A stretch of DNA of 64,000 nt from Lingula anatina (Eukaryota > Animalia > Brachiopoda): contig CM120640.1 of the NCBI GenBank assembly GCA_051362555.1, positions 30,833,967 through 30,897,966 on the forward strand. Reading direction: 5' to 3'. Made by a program: the position numbers and the translations under genes. Positions 10,142 to 22,330 of the stretch are shown here, in pieces. The notes under the pieces were generated by a model, which searched no databases, was not told where the DNA came from, and saw only the letters and a program-made list of their open reading frames with translations. The stretch's first letter is position 1. Every line of letters starts with the position of its first letter.

Positions 10142-13126
10142 CTGAGAAAAAAAGAAAACATCACTTTAACTTTACCACATAAATATAGGTTAAACAACAA
10201 ACATTTTGTATGAAGCATATATTTGTCTAGCGACAGGTGTGGCAGGTATTGAATTAATTAAGTTTAATACCACCTATTAAACTAATTTCATTATTACCAT
10301 CTGTACTACAGTATCTTCCACAGACTTCCAATCCATGAGACAAATATGTGATTCATCCAAAAAATTTCCAACCTATTTAATGTTTTCACACATTTTCTTC
10401 AACCTAACAATATAACATATGCACAGAGCTATTCATTTTCAAAAAAGCATGTGTTATTTAGGATGGAGTAAACAGACACTTGTCACTTGAAAGAATGTCA
10501 ACAGCATAGTGATACAAATTACTTTTAAATACATAGTCTTTCAAATGTATTGTACACATGGAGAAGACACAGTGCTGCTCTTGGTGGTATCTTTCACTAA
10601 CTGCTTTTTAAGCTTTTTCATGGTGAGTATACTCTGAAACAAGAACAATATAACTGAAAGGACTGAAAATTACATTTGAAAAGAATGACAAATTCGGTGA
10701 CTTAATTAAAATAATTAAACGTTAATAATTTTGTCAAATCTGGTCCAATATTTCTGAAATTTGTACTAATGATGCTTAACAACAATAAAAATCAGTGATA
10801 AGCTGATCAGTTGTCTGTGTCTAATGAAAAGTGTTTTTTTGGACAACATATTTGGGAAAACTGAAAATTACATGAAAAAGACTGGGAATTTGCAGGACTT
10901 GAAATAGTTAAACGTTAATAATTTTGTCTAATCTAGGCCAATATTTCTGATATTTGTACAAATGATGCTTAACAACAATAAAAATCTGTGATAAGCTGAT
11001 CAGTTTTCTGTTTCTAATGAAAAGTTTTTTTAGGACAATATATTTGCGAAAACCAAAAATTACATTGAAAAGACTGGCAAATCCCAGGTCTTAAAATAGT
11101 TAAACGTTAATAATTTCGTCAAATTTTGTCCTATATTTCTGAAATTTGTACTAATGATGCTTAACAACAATAGAAATCTGTGATAAGCTGATCAGTTGTC
11201 TGTATCTAATGAAAAGTGTTTTTTGGGACAACATATGTGGGAAAACTGAAAATTACGCTGAAAAGACTGGGAATTTGCAGCACTTGAAATATTTAAACGT
11301 TAATAATTTTGTCAAATCTAGTCCAATATTTATGAAATTTCTACAAATGATGCTTAACAATAATAAAAATCTGTGATAAGCTGATCAGTTGTCTGTGTCT
11401 AATGAAAAGTGTTTTTTGGGACAACATATTTGGGAAAACTGAAAATTACATTGAAAAGACTGGCAAATCCCAGGCCTTAAAATAGTTAAACGATAATAAT
11501 TTTGTCAAATCTTGTCCTATATTTCTGAAATTTGTACAAATGATGCTTAACAACAATAAAAATCTGTGGTAAGCTGATCAGTTGTCTGTGTGTAATGAAA
11601 AGTGTTTTTTGGGACAACTTATTTGGGAAAACTGAAAATTACATTGAAAAGACTGGCAAATCCCAGGCCTTAAAATAGTTAAACGTTATTAATTTTGTCA
11701 AATTTTGTCCTATATTTTTGAAATTTGTACAAATGATGCTTAACAATAATAAAAATCTGTGATAAGCTGATCAGTTGGATATATTGAATGAAAAGTGTTT
11801 TTTAGGACAACATATTTGCAAAAACCAAAAATTACATTAAAAAGACTGGGAATTCGCAGGACTTGAAATAGTTAAATGTTAATAATTTTGTCAAATCTAG
11901 TCCAATATTTATGAAATTTCTACAAATGATGCTTAACAATAATAAAAATCTGTGATAAGCTGATCAAATGTCTGTATTGAATGAAAAGTGTTTTTTGGGA
12001 CAACATATTTGGGAAAACTGAAAATTACATTGAAAAGACTGGCAAATCCCAGGCCTTAAAATAGTTAAACGATAATAATTTTGTCAAATCTTGTCCTATA
12101 TTTCTGAAATTTGTACAAATGATGCTTAACAACAATAAAAATCTGTGATAAGCTGATCAGTTGTCTGTATTGAATGAAAAGTGTTTTTTAGGACAATATA
12201 TTTGCGAAAACCAAAAATTGCATTGAAAAGACGGGCAAATCCCAGGCCTTAAAATAGTTAAGCGCTAATAATTTCGTCAAATTTTTTCCTATATTTCTGA
12301 AATTTGTACAAATGATGCTTAACAACAATAGAAATCTGTGATAAGCTGATCAGTTGTCTGTATTGAATGAAAAGTGTTTTTTAGGACAATATATTTAAGA
12401 AAACCAAAAATTACATTGAAAAGACTGGGAATTCGCAGGACTTGAAATATTTAAACGTTAATAATTTTGTCTAATCAAGTCCAATATTTATGAAATTTGT
12501 ACAAATGATGCTTAACAACAATAAAAATCTGTGATAAGCTGATCAGTTGTCTGTTTCTAATGAAAAGTTTTTTTTAGGACAATATATTTGCGAAAACCAA
12601 AAATTACATTGAAATGACTGGCAAATCCCAGGCCTTAAAATAGTTAAACGTTAATAATTTTGTCTAATCTTGTCCTATATTTCTGAAATTTGTACAAATG
12701 ATGCTTAACAACAATAGAAATCTGTGATAAGCTGATCAGTTGTCTGTATCTAATGAAAAGTGTTTTTTGGGACAACATATTTGGGAAAACTGAAAATTAC
12801 GCTGAAAAGACTGGGAATTTGCAGGACTTGAAATATTTAAACGTTAATAATTTTGTCTAATCTAGTCCAATATTTCTGAAATTTGTACAAATGATGCTTA
12901 ACAACAATAAAAATCTGTGATAAGCTGATCAGTTGTCTGTGTCTAATGAAAAGTGTTTTTTGGGACAACATAGTTGGGAAAACTGAAAATTACATTGAAA
13001 AACCTGGCATTTCCCAGGCCTTAAAATAGTTAAACGTTAATAATTTTGTCAAATCTTGTCGTATATTTCTGAAATTTGTACAAATGATGCTTAACAATAA
13101 TTAAAATCTGTGATAAGCTGATCAGT

Positions 13127-13550
13127 TATCTGAGTCTTTTTTTTTTTAAAGTGTCAAGTGTATGGGAAATTGATCATCAGAAGAGTGAGAATTAACCAAA
13201 ACAAATATTTCAATATTGCAATGTATTATTTACTCTGAAAGTAAACAGCAAATGTGATGATTTGAGGTTGTTTGTGTAAGACGTTGCAAATTACCTATAA
13301 CTGTCATCTGGAAAACAATATATACACATACAAGAGTTCTCCTTACTACCTCTGCAAGATGCAGATTACTCCTTTCTGGAAGGGGTTGTTGTTATCACAA
13401 TACTCAACAAGGCCCTAAATCTTGCCAAATATCATGTATTGTACACATGGAGAAGAAACATTGCTGCTCTTGGTGGTATCTTTCACTGCCTGCTTTTTCA
13501 GCTTTTTCATGGTGAGGGTACTCTAAACGAAGAACAATATAACTGAAAGG
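13127..13550. repeat. First full copy of the interspersed block (~425 bp including diverged monomer ends; net insertion ~380 bp)
   Basis: Starts TATCTGAGTC(T)nAAGTGTCAAGTG and ends ...GAACAATATAACTGAAAGG. Copies start at ~13127, 18301, 21377, 24067, 25986, 28099, 31177, 33290, 34248, 35978, 37705, 39047, 40196, 41539, 42111, 43069, 44411, 45753, 47094, 48053, 49395, 50737, 52078, 53037, 54379, 55721, 57256, 58408, 59756, 60907, 61673 and 62824. A left-truncated copy lies at 10545-10660. Confidence 0.95.
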
Positions 13551-16089
13551 ACTGAAAATTACATTTGAAAAGAATGACAAATTCAGTGACTTAATTAAAA
13601 TAGTTAAACGTTAATAATTTTGTCTAAACTAGTCCAATATTTCTGAAATTTGTACAAATGATGCTTAACTACAATAAAAATCTGTGATAAGCTGATCAGT
13701 TGTCTGTGTGTAATGAAAAGTGTTTTTTGGGACAACTTATTTGGGAAAACTGAAAATTACATTGAAAACACTGGCAAATCCCAGGCCTTAAAATAGTTAA
13801 ACGTTATTAATTTTGTCAAATTTTGTCCTATATTTCTGAAATTTGTACAAATGATGCTTAACAATAATAGAAATCTGTGATAAGCTGATCAGTTGGCTAT
13901 ATTGAATGAAAAGTGTTTTTTAGGACAATATATTTAAGAAAACCAAAAATTACATTAAAAAGACTGGGAATTCGCAGGACTTGAAATAGTTAAATGTTAA
14001 TAATTTTGTCAAATCTAGTCCAATATTTCTGAAATTTGTACAAATGATGCTTAACAATAATAAAAATCTGTGATAAGCTGATCAGTTGTCTGTTTGTAAT
14101 GAAAAGTTTTTTTTAGGACAATATATTTGCGAAAACCAAAAATTACATTGAAATGACTGGCAAATCCCAGGCCTTAAAATAGTTAAACGTTATTAATTTT
14201 GTCAAATTTTGTCCTATATTTTTGAAATTTGTACAAATGATGCTTAACAATAATAGAAATCTGTGATAAGCTGATCAGTTGGATATATTGAATGAAAAGT
14301 GTTTTTTAGGACAATATATTTGCAAAAACCAAAAATTACATTAAAAAGACTGGGAATTCGCAGGACTTGAAATAGTTAAATGTTAATAATTTTGTCAAAT
14401 CTAGTCCAATATTTATGAAATTTCTACAAATGATGCTTAACAATAATAAAAATCTGTGATAAGCTGATCAGTTGTCTGTGTCTAATGAAAAGTGTTTTTT
14501 AGGACAACATATTTGGGAAAACTGAAAATTACATTGAAAAGACTGGCAAATCCCAGGCCTTAAAATAGTTAAACGATAATAATTTTGTCAAATCTTGTCC
14601 TATATTTCTGTTAATAATCTGTGATAAGCTGATCAGTTGTCTGTGTCTAATGAAAAGTGTTTTTTAGGACAATATATTTGCGAAAACCAAAATTTACATT
14701 GAAATGACTGGCAAATCCCAGGCCTTAAAATAGTTAAACGTTATTAATTTTGTCAAATTTTGTCCTATATTTTTGAAATTTGTACAAATGATGCTTAACA
14801 ATAATAGAAATCTGTGATAAGCTGATCAGTTGGATATATTGAATGAAAAGTGTTTTTTAGGACAACATATTTGCAAAAACCAAAAATTACATTAAAAAGA
14901 CTGGGAATTCGCAGGACTTGAAATAGTTAAATGTTAATAATTTTGTCAAATCTAGTCCAATATTTATGAAATTTCTACAAATGATGCTTAACAATAATAA
15001 AAATCTGTGATAAGCTGATCAGTTGTCTGTGTGTAATGAAAAGTGTTTTTTGGGACAACTTATTTGGGAAAACTGAAAATTACATTGAAAAGACTGGCAA
15101 ATCCCAGGCCTTAAAATAGTTAAACGATAATAATTTTGCCAAATCTTGTCCTATATTTCTGAAATTTGTACAAATGATGCTTAACAACAATACAAATCTG
15201 TGATAAGCTGATCAGTTGTCTGTATTGAATGAAAAGTGTTTTTTAGGACAATATATTTGCGAAAACCAAAAATTGCATTGAAAAGACGGGCAAATCCCAG
15301 GCCTTAAAATAGTTAAACGTTAATAATTTCGTCAAATTTTTTCCTATATTTCTGAAATTTGTACAAATGATGCTTAACAACAATAGAAATCTGTGATAAG
15401 CTGATCAGTTGTCTGTATTGAATGAAAAGTGTTTTTTAGGACAATATATTTAAGAAAACCAAAAATTACATTGAAAAGACTGGGAATTCGCAGGACTTGA
15501 AATATTTAAACGTTAATAATTTTGTCTAATCTAGTCCAATATTTCTGAAATTTGTACAAATGATGCTAAACAACAATAGAAATCTGTGATAAGCTGATCA
15601 GATGTCTGTATCTAATGAAAAGTGTTTTTTGGGACAACATATTTGGGAAAACTGAAAATTACGCTGAAAAGACTGGGAATTTGCAAGACTTGAAATATTT
15701 AAACGTTAATAATTTTGTCTAATCTTGTCCAATATTTCTGAAATTTGTACAAATGATGCTTAACAACAATAACAATCTGTGATAAGCTGATCAGTTGTCT
15801 GTATTGAATGAAAAGTGTTTTTTGGGACAACATAGTTGGGAAAACTGAAAATTACATTGAAAAGCCTGGCATATCACAGGCCTTAAAATAGTTAAACGTT
15901 AATAATTTTGTCAAATCTTGTGGTATATTTCTGAAATTTGTACAAATGATGCTTAACAATAATAAAAATCTGTGATAAGCTAATCAGTTGGCTATATTGA
16001 ATGAAAAGTGTTTTTTAGGACAATATATTTGCAAAAACCAAAAATTACATTAAAAAGACTGGGAATTCGCAGGACTTGAAATAGTAAAA

Positions 16090-19000
16090 TGTTAATAATT
16101 TTGTCAAATCTAGTCCAATATTTATGAAATTTGTACAAATGATGCTTAACAATAATAAAAATCTGTGATAAGCTGATCAGTTGTTTGTGTCTAATAAAGT
16201 GTTTTTTGGGACAACATATTTGGGAAAACTGAAAATTACATTGAAAAGACTGGCAAATCCCAGGCCTTAAAATAGTTAAACGTTAATAATTTCGTCAAAT
16301 TTTTTCCTATATTTCTGAAATTTGTACAAATGATGCTTAACAACAATAGAAATCTGTGATAAGCTGATCAGTTGTCTGTATTGAATGAAAAGTGTTTTTT
16401 AGGACAATAAATTTAAGAAAACCAAAAATTACATTGAAAAGACTGGGAATTCGCAGGACTTGAAATATTTAAACGTTAATAATTTTGTCTAATCTAGTCC
16501 AATATTTCTGAAATTTGTACAAATGATGCTTAACAACAATAAGAATCTGTGATAAGCTGATCAGTTGTCTGTTTCTAATGAAAAGTTTTTTTTTAGGACA
16601 ATATATTTGCGAAAACCAAAAATTACATTGAAATGACTAGCAAATCCCAGGCCTTTAAATAGTTAAACGTTAATAATTTCATCAAATTTTGTCCTATATT
16701 TCTGAAATTTGTACAAATGATGCTAAACAACAATAGAAATCTGTGATAAGCTGATCAGTTGTCTGTATCTAATGAAAAGTGTTTTTTGGGACAACATAAT
16801 TGGGAAAACTGAAAATTACGCTGAAAAGACTGGGAATTTGCAAGACTTGAAATATTTAAACGTTAATAATTTTGTCTAATCTAGTCCAATATTTCTGAAA
16901 TTTGTACAAATGATGCTTAACAACAATAAAAATCTGTGATAAGCTGATCAGTTGTCTGTGTCTAATGAAAAGTGTTTTTTGGGACAACATAGTTGGGAAA
17001 ACTGAAAATTACATTGAAAAGCCTGGCATATCACAGGCCTTAAAATAGTTAAATGTTAATAATTTTGTCAAATCTTGTCGTATATTTCTGAAATTTGTAC
17101 AAATGATGCTTAACAATAATAAAAATCTGTGATAAGCTGATCAGTTGGCTATATTGAATGAAAAGTGTTTTTTAGGACAATATATTTGCAAAAACCAAAA
17201 ATTACATTAAAAAGACTGGGAATTCGCAGGACTTGAAATAGTAAAATGTTAATAATTTTGTCAAATCTAGTCCAATATTTATGAAATTTGTACAAATGAT
17301 GCTTAACAATAATAAAAATCTGTGATAAGCTGATCAGTTGTCTGTGTCTAATAAAGTGTTTTTTGGGACAACATATTTGGGAAAACTGAAAATTACATTG
17401 AAAAGACTGGCAAATCCCAGGCCTTAAAATAGTTAAACGTTAATAATTTCGTCAAATTTTTTCCTATATTTCTGAAATTTGTACAAATGATGCTTAACAA
17501 TAAAAGAAATCTGTGATAAGCTGATCAGTTGTCTGTATTGAATGAAAAGTGTTTTTTAGGACAATATATTTAAGAAAACGAAAAATTACATTGAAAAGAC
17601 TGGGAATTCGCAGGACTTGAAATATTTAAACGTTAATAATTTTGTCTAATCTTGTCCAGTATTTCTGAAATTTGTACAAATGATGCTTAACAACAATAAG
17701 AATCTGTGATAAGCTGATCAGTTGTCTGTTTCTAATGAAAAGTTTTTTTAGGACAATATATTTGCGAAAACCAAAAATTACATTGAAATGACTGGCAAAT
17801 CCCAGGCCTTAAAATAGTTAAACGTTAATAATTTCATCAAATTTTTTCCTATATTTCTGAAATTTGTACAAATGATGCTAAACAACAATAAAAATCTGTG
17901 ATAAGCTGATCAGTTGTCTGTATCTAATGAAAAGTGTTTTTTGGGACAACATATTTGGGAAAACTGAAAATTACGCTGAAAAGACTGGGAATTTGCAAGA
18001 CTTGAAATATTTAAACGTTAATAATTTTGTCTAATCTAGTCCAATATTTCTGAAATTTGTACAAATGATGCTTAACAACAATAAAAATCTGTGATAAGCT
18101 GATCAGTTGTCTGTGTCTAATGAAAAGTGTTTTTTGGGACAACATAGTTGGGAAAACTGAAAATTACATTGAAAAGCCTGGCATATCCCAGGCCTTAAAA
18201 TAGTTAAACGTTAATAATTTTGTCAAATCTTGTCGTATATTTCTGAAATTTGTACAAATGATGCTTAACAATAATAAAAATCTGTGATAAGCTGATCAGT
18301 TATCTGAGTCTTTTTTTTAAAGTGTCAAGTGTATGGGAAATTGATCATCAGAAGAGTGAGAATTAACCAAAACAAATATTACAATATTGCAATGTATTAT
18401 TTACTGTGAAAGTAAACAGCAAATGTGATGATTTGAGGTTGTTTGTGTAAGAGGTTGCAAATTACCTATAACTGTCATCTGGAAAACAATATATACCCAT
18501 ACAAGAGTTCTCATTACTACCTCTGCAAGATGCAGATTACTCCTTTCTGGAAGGGGTTGTTGTTATCACAATACTCAACAAGGCCCTAAATCTTGCCAAA
18601 TATCATGTATTGTACACATGGAGAAGACACATTGCTGCTCTTGGTGGTATCTTTCACTGCCTGCTTTTCCAGCTTTTTCATGGTGAGGGTACTCTAAACG
18701 AAGAACAATATAACTGAAAGGACTGAAAATTACATTTGAAAAGAATGACAAATTCAGTGACTTAATTAAAATAGTTAAACGTTAATAATTTTGTCTAATC
18801 TAGTCCAATATTTCTGAAATTTGTACAAATGATGCTTAACTACAATAAAAATCTGTGATAAGCTGATCAGTTGTCTGTGTGTAATGAAAAGTGTTTTTTG
18901 GGACAACTTATTTGGGAAAACTGAAAATTACATTGAAAAGACTGGCAAATCCCAGGCCTTAAAATAGTTAAACGTTATTAATTTTGTCAAATTTTGTCCT

Positions 19001-22000
19001 ATATTTCTGAAATTTCTACAAATGATGCTTAACAATAATAGAAATCTGTGATAAGCTGATCAGTTGGCTATATTGAATGAAAAGTGTTTTTTAGGACAAT
19101 ATATTTGCAAAAACCAAAAATTACATTAAAAAGACTGGGAATTCGCAGGATTTGAAATAGTTAAATGTTAATAATTTTGTCAAATCTAGTCCAATATTTA
19201 TGAAATTTGTACAAATGATGCTTAACAATAATAAAAATCTGTGATAAGCTGATCAGTTGTTTGTGTCTAATAAAGTGTTTTTTGGGACAACATATTTGGG
19301 AAAACTGAAAATTACATTGAAAAGACTGGCAAATCCCAGGCCTTAAAATAGTTAAACGTTAATAATTTCGTCAAATTTTTTCCTATATTTCTGAAATTTG
19401 TACAAATGATGCTTAACAACAATAGAAATCTGTGATAAGCTGATCAGTTGTCTGTATTGAATGAAAAGTGTTTTTTAGGACAATAAATTTAAGAAAACCA
19501 AAAATTACATTGAAAAGACTGGGAATTCGCAGGACTTGAAATATTTAAACGTTAATAATTTTGTCTAATCTAGTCCAATATTTCTGAAATTTGTACAAAT
19601 GATGCTTAACAACAATAAGAATCTGTGATAAGCTGATCAGTTGTCTGTTTCTAATGAAAAGTTTTTTTTTAGGACAATATATTTGCGAAAACCAAAAATT
19701 ACATTGAAATGACTAGCAAATCCCAGGCCTTTAAATAGTTAAACGTTAATAATTTCATCAAATTTTGTCCTATATTTCTGAAATTTGTACAAATGATGCT
19801 AAACAACAATAGAAATCTGTGATAAGCTGATCAGTTGTCTGTATCTAATGAAAAGTGTTTTTTGGGACAACATAATTGGGAAAACTGAAAATTACGCTGA
19901 AAAGACTGGGAATTTGCAAGACTTGAAATATTTAAACGTTAATAATTTTGTCTAATCTAGTCCAATATTTCTGAAATTTGTACAAATGATGCTTAACAAC
20001 AATAAAAATCTGTGATAAGCTGATCAGTTGTCTGTGTCTAATGAAAAGTGTTTTTTGGGACAACATAGTTGGGAAAACTGAAAATTACATTGAAAAGCCT
20101 GGCATATCACAGGCCTTAAAATAGTTAAATGTTAATAATTTTGTCAAATCTTGTCGTATATTTCTGAAATTTGTACAAATGATGCTTAACAATAATAAAA
20201 ATCTGTGATAAGCTGATCAGTTGGCTATATTGAATGAAAAGTGTTTTTTAGGACAATATATTTGCAAAAACCAAAAATTACATTAAAAAGACTGGGAATT
20301 CGCAGGACTTGAAATAGTAAAATGTTAATAATTTTGTCAAATCTAGTCCAATATTTATGAAATTTGTACAAATGATGCTTAACAATAATAAAAATCTGTG
20401 ATAAGCTGATCAGTTGTCTGTGTCTAATAAAGTGTTTTTTGGGACAACATATTTGGGAAAACTGAAAATTACATTGAAAAGACTGGCAAATCCCAGGCCT
20501 TAAAATAGTTAAACGTTAATAATTTCGTCAAATTTTTTCCTATATTTCTGAAATTTGTACAAATGATGCTTAACAATAATAGAAATCTGTGATAAGCTGA
20601 TCAGTTGTCTGTATTGAATGAAAAGTGTTTTTTAGGACAATATATTTAAGAAAACGAAAAATTACATTGAAAAGACTGGGAATTCGCAGGACTTGAAATA
20701 TTTAAACGTTAATAATTTTGTCTAATCTTGTCCAGTATTTCTGAAATTTGTACAAATGATGCTTAACAACAATAAGAATCTGTGATAAGCTGATCAGTTG
20801 TCTGTTTCTAATGAAAAGTTTTTTTAGGACAATATATTTGCGAAAACCAAAAATTACATTGAAATGACTGGCAAATCCCAGGCCTTAAAATAGTTAAACG
20901 TTAATAATTTCATCAAATTTTTTCCTATATTTCTGAAATTTGTACAAATGATGCTAAACAACAATAAAAATCTGTGATAAGCTGATCAGTTGTCTGTATC
21001 TAATGAAAAGTGTTTTTTGGGACAACATATTTGGGAAAACTGAAAATTACGCTGAAAAGACTGGGAATTTGCAAGACTTGAAATATTTAAACGTTAATAA
21101 TTTTGTCTAATCTAGTCCAATATTTCTGAAATTTGTACAAATGATGCTTAACAACAATAAAAATCTGTGATAAGCTGATCAGTTGTCTGTGTCTAATGAA
21201 AAGTGTTTTTTGGGACAACATAGTTGGGAAAACTGAAAATTACATTGAAAAGCCTGGCATATCCCAGGCCTTAAAATAGTTAAACGTTAATAATTTTGTC
21301 AAATCTTGTCGTATATTTCTGAAATTTGTACAAATGATGCTTAACAATAATAAAAATCTGTGATAAGCTGATCAGTTATCTGAGTCTTTTTTTTAAAGTG
21401 TCAAGTGTATGGGAAATTGATCATCAGAAGAGTGAGAATTAACCAAAACAAATATTACAATATTGCAATGTATTATTTACTGTGAAAGTAAACAGCAAAT
21501 GTGATGATTTGAGGTTGTTTGTGTAAGAGGTTGCAAATTACCTATAACTGTCATCTGGAAAACAATATATACCCATACAAGAGTTCTCATTACTACCTCT
21601 GCAAGATGCAGATTACTCCTTTCTGGAAGGGGTTGTTGTTATCACAATACTCAACAAGGCCCTAAATCTTGCCAAATATCATGTATTGTACACATGGAGA
21701 AGACACATTGCTGCTCTTGGTGGTATCTTTCACTGCCTGCTTTTCCAGCTTTTTCATGGTGAGGGTACTCTAAACGAAGAACAATATAACTGAAAGGACT
21801 GAAAATTACATTTGAAAAGAATGACAAATTCAGTGACTTAATTAAAATAGTTAAACGTTAATAATTTTGTCTAATCTAGTCCAATATTTCTGAAATTTGT
21901 ACAAATGATGCTTAACTACAATAAAAATCTGTGATAAGCTGATCAGTTGTCTGTGTGTAATGAAAAGTGTTTTTTGGGACAACTTATTTGGGAAAACTGA

Positions 22001-22330
22001 AAATTACATTGAAAAGACTGGCAAATCCCAGGCCTTAAAATAGTTAAACGTTATTAATTTTGTCAAATTTTGTCCTATATTTCTGAAATTTCTACAAATG
22101 ATGCTTAACAATAATAGAAATCTGTGATAAGCTGATCAGTTGGCTATATTGAATGAAAAGTGTTTTTTAGGACAATATATTTGCAAAAACCAAAAATTAC
22201 ATTAAAAAGACTGGGAATTCGCAGGATTTGAAATAGTTAAATGTTAATAATTTTGTCAAATCTAGTCCAATATTTATGAAATTTGTACAAATGATGCTTA
22301 ACAATAATAAAAATCTGTGATAAGCTGATC
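16090..22330. repeat. Near-perfect 3076-bp tandem duplication inside the satellite
   Basis: Rare variants recur at +3076: TTGTTTGTGTCTAATAAAG (16181/19257), GACTAGCAAATCCCAGGCCTTT (16635/19711), block starts 18301/21377. Confidence 0.85.

Noticed and set aside
10298-10403. Exon-like segment LKKMCENIK*VGNFLDESHICLMDWKSVEDTVVQM as the missing first-Asp integrase exon
   Set aside because: It has AG/GT ends but no integrase motif, contains a stop, and its phase does not match the 10141 exon.
13127-13550. Block as a SINE/retrocopy (the T-run would be a minus-strand poly-A) or an rRNA/tRNA/snRNA gene
   Set aside because: No Pol III A/B boxes, TSDs or recognisable structural-RNA sequence. The T-run lies within the diverged monomer flank, and all junctions are identical.
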